Shown piece by piece: positions 49,290-62,440 of a stretch of DNA of 64,000 nucleotides. Position 1 is the first letter of the stretch, and each line of letters begins with the position of its first letter. The notes below the pieces were generated by a model that was not told the origin of the DNA, made no database searches, and saw only the letters and a program-made list of their open reading frames with translations. Made by a program: the position numbers and the translations under genes. This DNA is from Octopus sinensis (Eukaryota), in NCBI RefSeq assembly GCF_006345805.1, contig NC_043000.1, forward strand, positions 128,588,001 to 128,652,000, written 5' to 3'.

Positions 49290-51490
49290 TATGTGTGGGC
49301 GTGTGTATATAGGTGTATGTGTGTATGTCTGGGTGTGTCCGTGCATGTTTGTGTGTGTGTGTGTATGCATGTGTATGTAGGTGTGTGTGTACGTGTGTAA
49401 TGTATGTGTGTATGCGTGTGTATGCGTGCGTGTGTGTATGTAGGTGCGTGTGTATGTGTGTGGGAGTGTAGGTGTGTGTGTGTGCGTGTGCGTGTTTATG
49501 TTGGTGTGTGCGTATGTGAGTGTGAGTGTATGGGTGTTTGTCATGCATGTGTGTGCGCGTGCAGGTGAGTGTGTGTGTAAGTATGTGTGTGTGTATGTTT
49601 GTGTGAGTGTGTATGTGTGTATGTCTGTGTGTATGTATGTGCGTATAGGAGTATGTGGGTATGTGTGTGTGTATGTATATGGGTGTATGTATGTATGTGT
49701 GTGTGTGTGCATGTGTATAAGTATATGTGTGTGTGCGTATGTGTGTATATGTGTATGTGTGTGTGTGTTTATGTATGTGTGTATGTATGTGTGTAGGCGT
49801 GTGTGTGTAGATGTATGTATGTATGGGTGTGGTCCGTGTGTGTTTGTGGTGTGTGTGTAGGTAGATGTGTGTCTGAGTGAGGGTATGGCTGTGTAGGTGT
49901 GTGTGTGTATGAATGTAAGTGTGTGTGTATACAAGTGTAATGTAGTATGTAGGTGTGTGTGTGTGTGTGTGTATGTGTACGTGTGCGTGTGTATGTGTGT
50001 GTGTGTATGCGTGTGAGTGTGAGTGTATGGGTGTATGTCTGGTGTGTGTATGTCTGAAGTAGGTATGTGGTGTATGATGTATGTGTGTGTGTGTGTGTGC
50101 AGGTATGTGTGTGTATGTGTGTGTGAGTAGGTGTGCGTGTATGTATGTGGGTAGGGATGCATGCGAGTGTGTGGGTATGTATGCATACATACGCACGCGC
50201 ACATCCGAAGCAAGCCCACACACACGAAACGCGCCCACGCACACAACGCACAAGCAGTACAACGCAAGCCCAAGGGGCCGACCAATGTGCGTATATGTGT
50301 GTGTGTGTGCGTACATGTGTGTGTGTGTGTATGCATGTGTGTGTATGTAGGTGTGTAGGCGTGTGTGTATAGGTGTATGTATGTAAGTATGTATTGGTGT
50401 GTCCGTGTATGTGTGTGTATGTATGTGTGTGTATGTAGGTGTGTGGGCGTGTGTATATGTGTGTGTATGTAGGTATATGTGTGTGTATGTAGGTGTGTGG
50501 GCGTGTGTATATAGGTGTATGTGTGTATGTCTGGGTGTGTCCGTGCATGTTTGTGTGTGTGTGTGTATGCATGTGTATGTAGGTGTGTGTGTACGTGTGT
50601 AATGTATGTGTGTATGCGTTGTGTATGCGTGCGTGTGGTGTATGTAGGTGCGTGTGTATGTGTGTGGGAGTGTAGGTGTGTGTGTGCGTGTGCGTGTGCG
50701 TGTTTATGTTGGTGTGTGTGCGTATGTGAGTGGAGTGTATGGGTGTTTGTCATGCATGTGTGTGCGCGTGCAGGTGAGTGTGTGTGTAAGTATGTGTGTG
50801 TGTATGTTTGTGTGAGTGTGTATGTGTGTATGTCTGTGTGTATGTATGTGCGTATAGGAGTATGTGGGTATGTGTGTGGTATGTATATGGGTGTATGTAT
50901 GTATGTGTGGGTGTGTGCATGTGTATAAGTATATGTGTGTGTGCGTATGTGTGTATATGTGTATGTGTGTGTGTTTATGTATGTGTGTATGTATGTGTGT
51001 AGGCGGTGTGTGTGTAGATGTATGTATGTATGGGTGTGTGTCCGTGTGTGTTTGTGTGTGTGTGTAGGTAGAGTGTGTGTGTCTGAGTGAGGGTATGGCT
51101 GTGTAGGTGTGTGTGTGTATGAATGTAAGTGTGTGTATACAAGTGTATGTATGTATCTAGGTGTGTGTTGTGTGTGTGCATGTGTACGTGTGCGTGGTTG
51201 TGGTGGTGTGTATGCGGTGAGTGTGAGTGTATGGGTGTATGTCTGTGTGTGTGTATGTCTGAAGTAGGTATGTATGTGTATGTATGTCTGTGTGGTGTGT
51301 GTGCAGGTACGTGTGTGTATGGGTGTGTGAGTAGGTGTTGCGTGTATGTATGTGGGTAGGGATGCATGCGAGTGTGTGGGTATGTATGCATACATACGCA
51401 CGCGCACATCCGAAGCAAGCCACACACACGAAGCGCGCCCACGCACACAACGCACAAGCAGTACAACGCAAGCCCAAGGGGCCGACCAAG
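49290..51490. repeat. Tandem duplication of a ~1.0-kb cryptic (TG/TATG) satellite unit, period ~1.2 kb
   Basis: Unique markers repeat at +1202 to +1204: GTCCGTGCATG at ~49337/50539 and AAGCCCAAGGGGCCGACCAA at ~50266/51470. Confidence 0.9.
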
Positions 51491-52084
51491 CCCCCAGCGC
51501 GCGCCAAGGCGCGCGAGCGCAAAGGCCCTCGAACGCCCCGCTACGCGGGAAACGAGGATCCATCAGCCAAAACCGGAAAGCAGAAAAGAGGGGGGGGCTG
51601 CCTGGATGCAAAAAGGTGTATGTGTGTGTGCATTCAGTGTAAGGGTGTGCATGTGTAGGTATGTATGTATGTATGTGCCTACATGTATGTTGCATGTGTG
51701 TGTGTGAAGTATGTACGTGCGGTGTGTGTGTGTGAGTGTGGTGTATGTATGTGCGTATGTATGTGTGTGTGTATGTGTGTATGTATGTCTGTGTGTGTGT
51801 GTGTGTGTGTAAGTATGTATGTGTGTGCGTATGTATGTATGTGTGTGTGTATGTGCATGTTGGTTTGTATGTAGTGTGTGTTAGTATGTCTGTAAGTGTG
51901 TGTGATTAAATGTGTGAATGTATGTACGTAGATGGGTCTACGTATGTGTGTGTGTGAACAGGCGTGTGGGAGGTAGGGGGTGGGTGGGTGTGGGAGGTAG
52001 GTGGGTGGGTTGTGGTGTGGGAGGTAGGTGGGTGGGTGTGTGTGGGTGGTGTTGTCACAAAAAAAAAAAAAAAAAAAACCATCT

Positions 52085-53520
52085 CAAGAGGAGGGGGCTG
52101 TGTTAAGTCCGTGTGGGGTGGTAGTTTGTAGGGTGAAAATGTAGCGTTGCTCCAAGTGGAGCCTGGAAAGTGGGCGACCATGGTGGGGGGCGAGACCAAA
52201 CACGAGATGTCATCTAGGGAATGGCCGGCCGAGCGGAAGTGGCGTGCGACGGGAGAAAGAGAGTGTAGGCGAACGTCCCTCAAGTGTTCAGTGAAACGGT
52301 CGGACACCGGCGTTCCGTCTGTCCTACATACAGCATCCCGCATAGGTTGCATTTAATGCAGTAAATAAGGCCAGACGAGGTGCACGTAAAAGAGTGCCTA
52401 ATGCGTACAGTGTGCAGGTTGGAGCCGGTGACAGCGGTGGTGTTGGTGATGAAGGGGCAAGTGTTGCAACGGGATCTAGAGCAAGAAGGGAATGATCCGT
52501 GTGGGTCTGAGGGGGAAGGAGAGAGGGTGCTGTGGACCAGGAGGTCACGCAGATTGCGGGCTCGTTTGAAAGAGGACAGGGGTAGGTTAGGGAAAATGGG
52601 GCGGGTGGTGGGATCAAGCTGGAGGCGACGGAAGGCACGTAGTATCTTGCGACGAAGGGGTAGGGTAGAGGGGTGGAAGGAAAAGGAGGGGGAAGGGGGT
52701 GCGGTTGGGGTGGGCGGGGGGAAGGAGACAGGGCGGTAGTGCGGTCGATGCGACGGGCGCGGGTGAGGGCATCAGAGAGGAGTATGGGTGGGTAACCTCG
52801 GAGTCTGAACATGCGGGCCAGGTATTGAGATTGGGTCTCGAAATCCTGGTCGCGGCTGCACAAACGTCGGAGGCGGAGGAAACTGGGAGTAGGGGATGGC
52901 TCGTTTGGTGTGGAACGGGTGGGAGGAAGAGAAGTTGAGATAGAGGTGGAATCCGTAGGTTTAAAAAAGGGCGGTGGTGGTGAGAGAGCTGGAGGGGTGA
53001 TCGATGCGGAGAGAGATGTCAAGGAAGTTGACAGAGGTGTTGGAGATGGTGGAGGTGAATTGAAGAGAGGGGTGAAAGTTGGAAAGGAAAGAGATGAATT
53101 GGCAGAGAAGTTCACGGGAAAGGGAGGTGGCACCTACGCAGTCGTCGATATAGCGACCGTATAGTTCGGGGGTCGGCCCAGAGAACTGGGAGAACACTTG
53201 GGCCTCAATGTAGCCAAGAAAGAGATTGGCGAAATTGGGGCCCATCCTAGTTCCCATCGCGACCCCGGACACCTGTTGGTACGTTTCCCCGGCGAACGTG
53301 AAGCAATTGAGGGTGAGGACGAGCTCAGCCAACCGGAGAAGGGTGGGGGTGCTGGGGGTGGGGTCGGGACGACGGTCGAGGAAGTGTTGGAGGGCTAGGA
53401 GACCGTCATTGTGGGGAATCACTGTGTACAGGGATTTTACATCTAAAGTGAAGAGGAGGTGTGAGGGGCTGGAAGGGAAGGAAAAGGAATTGAAGAGACG
53501 GAGGGCGTGGTTGGTGTCGT
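52085..53520 (-). pseudogene. Penelope-like RT + GIY-YIG endonuclease ORF, frameshifted
   Basis: DTNHALRLF...LFTLDVKSLYTVIPHNDGL; GVAMGTRMGPNFANLF; YGRYIDDC; VNFLDI; FLRLRRLCS...RGYP; LIYCIKCNLCGMLYVGQTERRVSDRFTEHLRDV...VARHF...LEQRYIFTLQTTTPHGLN. Confidence 0.95.
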
Positions 53521-53819
53521 GTATATATATATATATATATTATCCAGTATATCTCTTCACTTTTAAGACAGCAGTGTAATTTGAGGGAGATTGGCTACTA
53601 CTTTTGGCAGGTCAAACGACCCCATAAAAGCTCCCACATTGGTTCATACAGTAGGGCAGAAATAAAAGGGATTTCGAATTGTGCGAACTCCGTGGAAAAT
53701 GAAATAATCTGATACAGCAGTTGGTCTTGGACAGGCGCCAAGATGACGGTATTTCCCACATTTTTCATTTCACAGTATGTGAATGTATATGTACGTATAT
53801 CTTATAGATACACAGAAAA

Positions 53820-53877
<58 letters not shown>

Positions 53878-53881
53878 ACAT

Positions 53882-53916
<35 letters not shown>

Positions 53917-54137
53917 TAGTGTACGGAACTTGATATTTGTGTGTGTGTAAGAGAAAGAGAGAGTGTGTGCGTCTGTTTGTGCATGTGTACACACACACAC
54001 ACACACACACACATACGTACATACATACATATACAAGCTCACACACTCACACACATATATACATAAATATGTGTCGGTCATTATATTGCTTGTTTATTCG
54101 GCAGTGTACACTCACACACACACATGCACGCACACTG

Positions 54138-54175
<38 letters not shown>

Positions 54176-54446
54176 ACACACACATACACTATGTCTATGT
54201 TTTTGCATTGTGCTGTGTGCCCATGTGTATATTTATGTGTCTGTGTGGGAGTGTGTGCGTGCAGCCGGGCGTGTGCGTACGTGCGTATGTGGGTAGTAAA
54301 TTTCTTTGTGAATGAAGTCAAGAGAAGGTGAATGACTTATAAAGTTACAAACAGAAAACTGATAGAGAAAATATGTGAGTTTGTGAGTGTGAGAGGGTAG
54401 CTTATCCGGATGTGCATATTAGCGTTTTCGACTATGCCTCTACATG

Positions 54447-54477
<31 letters not shown>

Positions 54478-54553
54478 TGTGTGTATGTGTGTGGTGTGAG
54501 TGGGGGTGTATAATGTATGTATGTATTTGTATATACATACACATATACGTAAT

Positions 54554-54599
<46 letters not shown>

Positions 54600-57500
54600 A
54601 CATGTACATACGTGGATATCCATACATATAATATAGTCCGTCCATGATAATACATCGTAACTTCAACTCGTTTGCTCCTCTTTTCACGACTTATTGCACA
54701 CATATACACACTTGCACAGACACACACACTCGCATGCACACCAAGCACTGCACACATGCACGTGCATTGTGTCTGTGCGTGATTAAGAAACCCCTGTTCT
54801 GACTATACGGTCTTTATTTCGATGTACTGTCTTTTATTTAGACATACTAGATCAAGGACTAAAATACCCTAAAAGTGACCTCTCACTTTTATCCATCTAT
54901 CTATCTAGCTATCTATCTGTCTTTTATTTATTTATTTATTTATTATTTATTTATTTATTTATTTATTTTTAGATTGTAAGTTATGAAGGAGTGCGTGTTT
55001 GGCTGCTATCTCTAGCGGTCCGAGCAACAGTGTTGCTGCTGCTTGGTATTCTTGAAGCTACTGCTGTCCCATTCAGTAAACTCTCTGCGCGTAGATGTTT
55101 TGCGGGGGTGGGCTGGAGGAAATCACGTGGTGTCGCGAAGAACAGCTGAATAATGTGCCGAGTGACGTCTAATCGATCTGCTTCGACCTGTACTCGTTCA
55201 TTCACCACCATCGCCCCACACCCTTCTTCATTTCTTCCAAGTCGCGTGTTTATATATTTCTCTCCTTACCTTCCAACCGCCAACACTCGTCGCTTTCTAT
55301 CTCTATCTTTCCTTCTCACTCTGTTATCCACTTTTTCAATTTTTATTTTCTGTTCTTCTGTAATATTTCCCTTATATTTTTCAGTCTTCTTACCTTCGTT
55401 CTTTTTCTGTATTCTTTTTTTCTTTCTTTTACCTTCTCTTTGCTTACTTTCTTTTTCCAAATTCTTTTTCACTTGCTTATTATTCCCTTTCACATTTTTA
55501 ACTTCTCTCTCCTGTTTGTAGTTCTTTCTCTTCCTCCTTTCTTCCTCTTTCTTCAGTTCTGGGCTGCCTTTCTCGTTTTCTTTTTTCTTTCTTTCTTTCT
55601 TTGTTTCTTCCTTTCTAGCTTTCTTTCTTTCTATCTTTCGTTCTTCCTTTCTTTCTTTCCTTAGCCAAATTCTCCTGGAAATCCCTCCCTACCCATATCA
55701 CTTCTGCGGGTGTTGAATTATAAAGCTTCAAGAGGAGCATCAATCTCACCAGTCTAGGAGGATCTACAACGGTCACAGGTACAATCTTTTCCTTCGGGTC
55801 CAGCAATTATAAATAGATTATCTCTCTCTTTCTCATGTTCCCCTCCTAACCCACTGTTGCTATATTAATTAGATTATTCCAGAGCCTCTTACCCTTTTCA
55901 AGACGGTAGTGTGTCTACCCATATCGTTATATTGTAGGACTATGTAGAGGCTTCATAAGTAACTGCACTACGAGCCACAAATAAACAATATACCAGACAG
56001 AGAGACAGACAGACAGACACAACCGAAGTGTCAGAGTTCGTATCTTGTCTTTGTCTTTGCACTGATTCTATATCCATGACGCCTCTATAAAACCCATGCA
56101 AAAACGTGAACCAATGAGTATGATGTTGCTCATCGTATATAATAGGCTACAGTATAAAGACGGCAATGTTTGCACTGAAGAATCATTTAAAATCATTGTG
56201 ACCGAGGGACCAATGACAAAGAGAAAATAAAAATTAAGAAGTTAAACCAACAAAAGAACCTCTATGCGGACGTTTAATCTGCAAGAAATAATAAAAATTC
56301 TTCTAAACCACATTAAATGATATGATTACATTTTGAGGTATTCAATATATGCTGTCTGAAAAAGACGAGATAGCCATACCTGGAACGTTTTTGGTCCTGG
56401 ATCTAATCAGTAAGAGCTGACCTAGGTCTAAACAACAATACAATAAGAACAACCACAAACAGAAGTCTAAAGCTTCCAGTGAAGTGAGTCCATGAATCAG
56501 ATTCAATCTCTTGATAAAGCTAGCTCAATTTAGTTACGCTGGAAATGCCATCAACATCACATCTTGCCACATATCTCTCCTCTCTTTATCACAAAATGCC
56601 AATCTGTTGTAATTTTTTAAAAAAGAGAACTCACTATTTGTCGCTAGTGAAAGCGAGAACTTAGAGCCAGAAGCAAACTTTGTGATTTGAAATCATGTCT
56701 CAGTTTTCATCTTCTGTTGATACTAATTTACTTCTCTTCTATTATATAATTTCGTTTACATGAATATTAAATCACCCAGTTTCTTGACTGGGTAAATGTT
56801 TTTATATCGATTTTGGAAAGGTGAAAAACAAAGTTGAATTCGGTGGGATTTGAACTCAGAAGAGTAGACGTTTTCAACCAATGTGCTTTGACATACTTAC
56901 TTATCACATATGATCCACAAATGTACCAAGATTTTTTGAAGTGAGCTGGAAAATGTGAGGGTATTTAGAAAACGTATGTGTTTTCAATGTTTGCAGTATT
57001 GTTCTGAGTTCAAATATCGCGGATATAAACTTTGTCTTTCATCCTTCTAGGGTCAATAAAATATAGTATTAATAATATATTGCTTCAATTTAATATTCCT
57101 GTGGGGCATCGTAGATATGTAGTGGTGGTGATGGTGGTGGTAGTCGATCTTCCATTAGTTTTCCAAATCGTTGATATTGTCTGCCGGTCGAAACTTCTGA
57201 CGGAAGTGTCACCGTTTTTCGGTGACGGTGCGAGATTTGAACTTAGCGAGCTGGATAGAATACATATTGCAAGGCATCTTGCCCAACGCTCTAACAATTT
57301 CGCTAATCCATTATCTTGGAGTGCTACCTTTCTTTCCTGAAAGGACGATAGACAAAACTGACCTCAGAAAGATTTGAACTCAGCGCAAAGGATCCGAACA
57401 CTGTCCAACACTCTTAACGACTTTGTCAATTCGGCTTAATTCCTCGATATTTTGACTGGAATTATAAGAGAAGGCATTTGAAATTATAAGAGAAGGAATT

Positions 57501-57985
57501 TGCATCAATCGAACTGTATGTGCATTCCTTTGCCATAAAGTGCAAAGCGTGCACCCATTTGTTTTAAAGTAATTTTATTACTCGTTTGAGAGTTCTGTAA
57601 TTTGCTTGAAGCATTGCAATATGTGTAAACGATATAAATGTTTGGAAACACCTTTGGCAATACAAGTGAGAAGTTAGGCCAAGAATGAAAGGTGTTGTCA
57701 ATAAATAAAACAAAGAGAAATCCTAGTTATAGCATTTGTTGAGGAGTGTGCGTATGTGTGTGTGTGTATGTATGTATGTATGTATGTATGTATGTATGTA
57801 TGTATGTATGTATGCATGCATGTATGTATGTATGTATGCATGCATGTATGTATGTATATATATATATATATATATAATATATATATATAATAAAATGTAA
57901 AAGAAAGGCAACCTTATGGGTGAGCTGTAACATGTTTTGCAACTTACTGTAATGAACGTAGATGCAAAGAAGGATTTTGCCAGTC

Positions 57986-58739
57986 GGATCTCTTCAGTTT
58001 CGCTCAGATTTTAAAATTATTTTCTTAACTAAACAGTTTGAAACTTCGTATACTGGTGTAATTTCTCATGCTGAACGTGGTTTACTTTCAACATTTTTGA
58101 CAAAATTTCGTACTTTAGAAGTTATTTCATGTTAAAGTTATCGTATTTGGGTAATTTTAACCAATCAGTGACGTGTATTCAACTGAAGAAAGCTAAAGCT
58201 ATATGCGATACTAACCGAAGAGCAACAACTTCCGGGCCATCTCTACTAAATGTCACCCCTCTGTTCTGTTTTATTTTTGTTTGCTGCCTGTGCTGCATAG
58301 TGCACGCTTTTTTGATTTTGCTTTTCGATCGTCTCTTTATACATTTGCATTTTCACCACTCGTACAAAGAAGCGATCGAAAAGCAAAAAAAAAAAAATAA
58401 ATAATAATAATAAAGAAGAAAGCGTGTAATATGCAACATGCAACAAGGCAGTAAACAAAAATAAAATAGAACAGAGTTGCGACATTTAGTAGAGATGACC
58501 CGGAAGTTGTTGCTCTTCGGTTACTATCGCATACAACAGTAGCCTCAGCTGAATACACATCGTTGATTGGTTAAAAATACGACAACTTTAACGCGAAATA
58601 ACTTCTAAAATACAAAATTTTGTCAAAAATGTTGAAAGTAAACCGTGTTCGGCATGAGAAATTACTCCAGTATACGAAGTTTCGAACTATTTAGTTAAAA
58701 AAAAAATCAAAAAATCTGTGAGCGAAATTGAAGAGATCC
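57986..58739. mobile_element. Long fold-back DNA element, ~345-bp arms, degenerate 8-bp TSD
   Basis: Ends GGATCTCTTCAGTTTCGCTCA / TGAGCGAAATTGAAGAGATCC; arms align throughout; ~40-nt loop near 58332-58372; flanks TGCCAGTC / TGCCAATT (6/8). Confidence 0.88.
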
Positions 58740-60086
58740 TGCCAATTTGCCACTTCACTTGAAAAAAGCGTGAAAGTCACTCATTCTTATGCTCCCCTCC
58801 TAAATCTGAAGTGTAGAGCCTTTGGACGCAATTCGTCCCTATTCTCGTAGTGTTGGCTCCCGATTACTTGCAGAGAGTAAAGGGACGGCTGAAGGTATCA
58901 GCAAATCGAACAGTCGCCTCGAGCATCATTAAGTGTAAGAAGCCATTTCATATGTTTGGGATCTTCGAAATACCAAGAGAAAAAAGTGTAGCGCCGTTGA
59001 TTCAACACCAAATTAAAACTAATAAATTCGAATGAACTCTTTATTTCTGCATTAACATTTTTATTGTGTAAATAGTTGAAATATTATACATCCAAGGGCC
59101 TCGAAATTTAGCTCTTTCAGGCGCCAGCAACCTACGCTAGGACCATCCCTAGAGCCTCTGAAAGAACGACAGAAATTTGGCAAGATCGGGTTTAGGACGC
59201 GGAACCCGTCTCTAAATTCAATGAGGCTTTGAATTTTTTAAAGAAAAATTATTTTATTTTATATTTTTAGGGAGAAGCTCAACAAATACTCAGGGGAACA
59301 CACCTGCGGCTATTCGACCCCAGACAAATATAACGGTTGAAACACCCTCACCTCTTATAAGCTTCTAATTGGGAATAAGAAACGATTGGGTTGTATTCCA
59401 ATACATAATTTCTGTGTGTGTGTGTGTGTTAATCGGTTCATTCATTCACCCATCCCTTTGTCTATTCAACCATCTACCCATCAATCAATTAGCCAATCCA
59501 TTCGCGAGTCCATACACACTCAATGATCAATTCATCCTTCTGTCCATCCAGCTAGTCATCTGCCCTTTCTTTCTCACCAAAAGACAGTCGAGGCCAACTA
59601 AAATATTCGATTCAAGTCGACACACTAACGAAATCAACCAGCCAACAAGCCAGTCAGGCAGCCAGTCAACCAGCAAGCCTGTCGGCATGCCAGCCAACTA
59701 ACCAGCCATCCAGTGAACAAGACGGACAGCCAGCCACTAACCTATTTTTGTCGAGCTGTCTGTTTGTCTTAAGTCTGTTGTAGTTGTTGCAGCGACACAA
59801 ATGTTTGTTTCCTATTACATTCATCGATTTACATGAATGAAGTGTGTTTCAGTATACACTCCTTATGTGCGTGTGTGTGTGTGTCTGTGTATGTGTGTTT
59901 ATATGTGTATGTATGCGCTTTTATATGTGAGTATGCATGTGATGAATGTATTGTGTATGTAAGTGTTCGTGTATGATCTGTGTTTATGTGCACATATATG
60001 TATGTGTGCATATGTATGCATAAGTGTCCGTGTATTTACGTGTGTATGTATGTGTACATATGTATGTATGCGTCTTTGCATGCATG

Positions 60087-60118
<32 letters not shown>

Positions 60119-60189
60119 AACACATACATGTATATATATGTCTGCGTATGTAAATGCGTATATGTATGTATGTGTGTGTGTGTGTGTGC

Positions 60190-60230
<41 letters not shown>

Positions 60231-60378
60231 CGTGAAAGAGATTTGAAGAAAGTGAGAGATAGAGTTAGAGACAGAAGAGGTGGGGCAGAGAGAGCCTGTT
60301 CACCTCTTAATATTTAATGAATGAAAACTGCAACAGATGTGATGAAAAAAATAAATATATCAATAATTCAGTCTGTCT

Positions 60379-60394
60379 CCAACAGAGGGCGCAG
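60379..60394 (+). promoter_or_regulatory. CTCF-like motif
   Basis: CCAACAGAGGGCGCAG resembles the CCASYAGRKGGCRS consensus and lies in non-repetitive sequence. Motif match only. Confidence 0.3.
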
Positions 60395-61218
60395 TCCATA
60401 GCAGTTGCAGGTTCGTTTCATTTTTTTTCATCTCCATGCGCTATACCACCATATACAATCAAGGTAACCAGACCAGGAACAAAAATAGCAGCCAAACTCC
60501 CCTCGATCATACCTTGTCTTAAAAGAGAAAATAAAACATTTGATTGTCTGAAAATTATATTGGATAGGCATGGCTGGACTGTCTTTGACTAGTTTTCTTA
60601 AATGGGATGACCTGGGATGACATAGGTAATCAAAACACACACGCACGCACGCATACACACACACACACACACACACACATACACACACGCACACACGCAC
60701 ACACACGTACACACGTGTGCTTTAACTATATATTCCATGAGATTTATTTAAATTCTTCGCTGAATTCAAGCCGGTCACCAGTTAAGTGACAATGCTTTAT
60801 TTGTTTGAGTCAGGACCAGGAAGACGAATTTCTGAATATATGAATGCAAGTTGACACGTACACACACACACACACAATTTCTCTTAGGCGTAGCGGTACA
60901 AATAACCAGTTGTTACAATTCAGTATACATATATTTCACAGTATTAATAAGGTCTGTCGGCGAGCAGGTGTGAATTGCTTGAAGTTCTCCGTTCTGAACT
61001 CTTTTATGAATCATTAGGTCAGGACAGAGCGTAATAGTAGTAATGAATAAATTCATGACAAAAAAACAGAAGTTACGCAATCACTTCCATTAGCTTATAG
61101 CTGTTTCTGCCATAAGGAATTGTGCACCCAGAGTTGAGTGTTAGTGCGAATTTCATAGCTTCCTCAGGCTATTTGAATGAAGTGTCACATACATACATAC
61201 ATACATACATACATACAT

Positions 61219-61250
<32 letters not shown>

Positions 61251-61289
61251 CTACATACATACATACATACATACATACATACATACATA

Positions 61290-61915
61290 CATTCGGTTCA
61301 GGGGTTCCAAGGATTTGGGAATGTGAAACCACCTCTTAGCCACTCTTATTCTTAGTTCTACTCTGCGCAGGAGTAGTAGTACCTGTCAGGGTCCCAGCTA
61401 TGAGGTTAATTAGCGTATATGATGACGTTTCATCTACGCCTGGTGACACAGAAATACCCTCGGCTGGTGTCACGGCACGAAATAAAACCACTGACATTGA
61501 GAGACATCTATCTTTGTCACAGCATTCTTCTAGGGGAAGGAAACTCTAATGTAAAACCTGCGGTTTTGTGGGCTTACTGGTCATCTCACTTCGGCCTGTC
61601 ACTAGCATTAATCACGAAGACTCATAGAGAGGTACTCATGCTGTATAAACCTTTATCACTGTAATGCAATGACGCACAGATATCTCTTTATGGTGACCTC
61701 ATTTGTCATTCCATCTATGGTAATGGAAGAGTGGCAACGTATGCAGACCTAACCAGTTGGAAGCGCGCAGTGAATTACAACTTTTCAAACCCTGAAAATC
61801 TGCAACAAGATTGAATAGTCATCAGAGAGGTCATGGCCGGAAAGTCAGAAATACCACTGACAACGAGGAAGCAAGAGAAGATGTCAATAATCTGTGAAGA
61901 TGGAGTAATCAACAT
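61290..61915 (+). mobile_element. Family C interspersed repeat, copy 2
   Basis: Collinear with 24615..25292; contains CTAGGGGAAGGAAACTCTAATGTAAAACC. Confidence 0.75.
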
Positions 61916-62393
61916 GTATGTATGTATGCGTGTGTGTATGTATGCAAGAGGACATTAACAACCATACAATAGTTGTTAATGTCTTCTTGTGTGTTTGATT
62001 TTTATGATTATATCTAGGTATGTTTTTTTTTGTTTGTGTGTATGAATGAATGTAATTTTTATCATAATTCTTCCCAGAGAGAAGGCGCTGGTTTCTGGAA
62101 AAGTAATAGGCGTTATTTGTTGAACTTTAGAAAAATCCTGCATACTTTTACCGTTGTACGTGCAAATTGTATCTATGAAGTGTTCGTTAATCGGGTTCTT
62201 TCTTTGTCCAAAAATCTTAGCTTTCCAGATTGTATGTATGTATGTATGTATGTATGTGTATGTGCATGTGTATAACGCCTCCTTGTTTCCCAATTCTTTC
62301 TTTCTCTTTCCAGATATATCAAACATATATACATACATATTTATATACGTACATATATATTTATTTATGCATATATTCATACATGTGCATTTG

Positions 62394-62440
<47 letters not shown>

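Larger units (their letters stand above)
48291..53520 (-). mobile_element. Penelope-like retroelement (Neptune-type), 5'-truncated, with a long (CA)-rich 3' region
   Basis: RT and GIY-YIG coding remnant at 52085..53520; 3' terminus at 48291 inferred from identity with the solo fragment at 30721..30832; (TA)n at both ends. Continuity across 48560-52000 is inferred. Confidence 0.75.

Noticed and set aside
48957-51695. 912-aa and 530-aa His/Thr-rich ORFs on the minus strand
   Set aside because: The CA/CATA-rich strand seldom forms stop codons; the translation is pure microsatellite (HTHT, YIHT) with no domain.
54968-55148. Hydrophobic plus-strand frame (VRATVLLLLGILEATAVPF) as a signal-peptide exon
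   Set aside because: No in-frame ATG or donor; part of it is the family E repeat motif TTTGGCTGCTAT...CGAGC.
55615-55806. Minus-strand ORF with KLYNSTPAEVI
   Set aside because: At best a faint echo of a LINE C-terminal LWNSLP motif; too short and weak to call.
57185-57235. GAAAC...CTGACGGA plus GTCACCG-TTTTT-CGGTGAC hairpin as a hammerhead
   Set aside because: Elements are in the wrong order, there is no GAAA after the stem, and the core is not CUGANGA.
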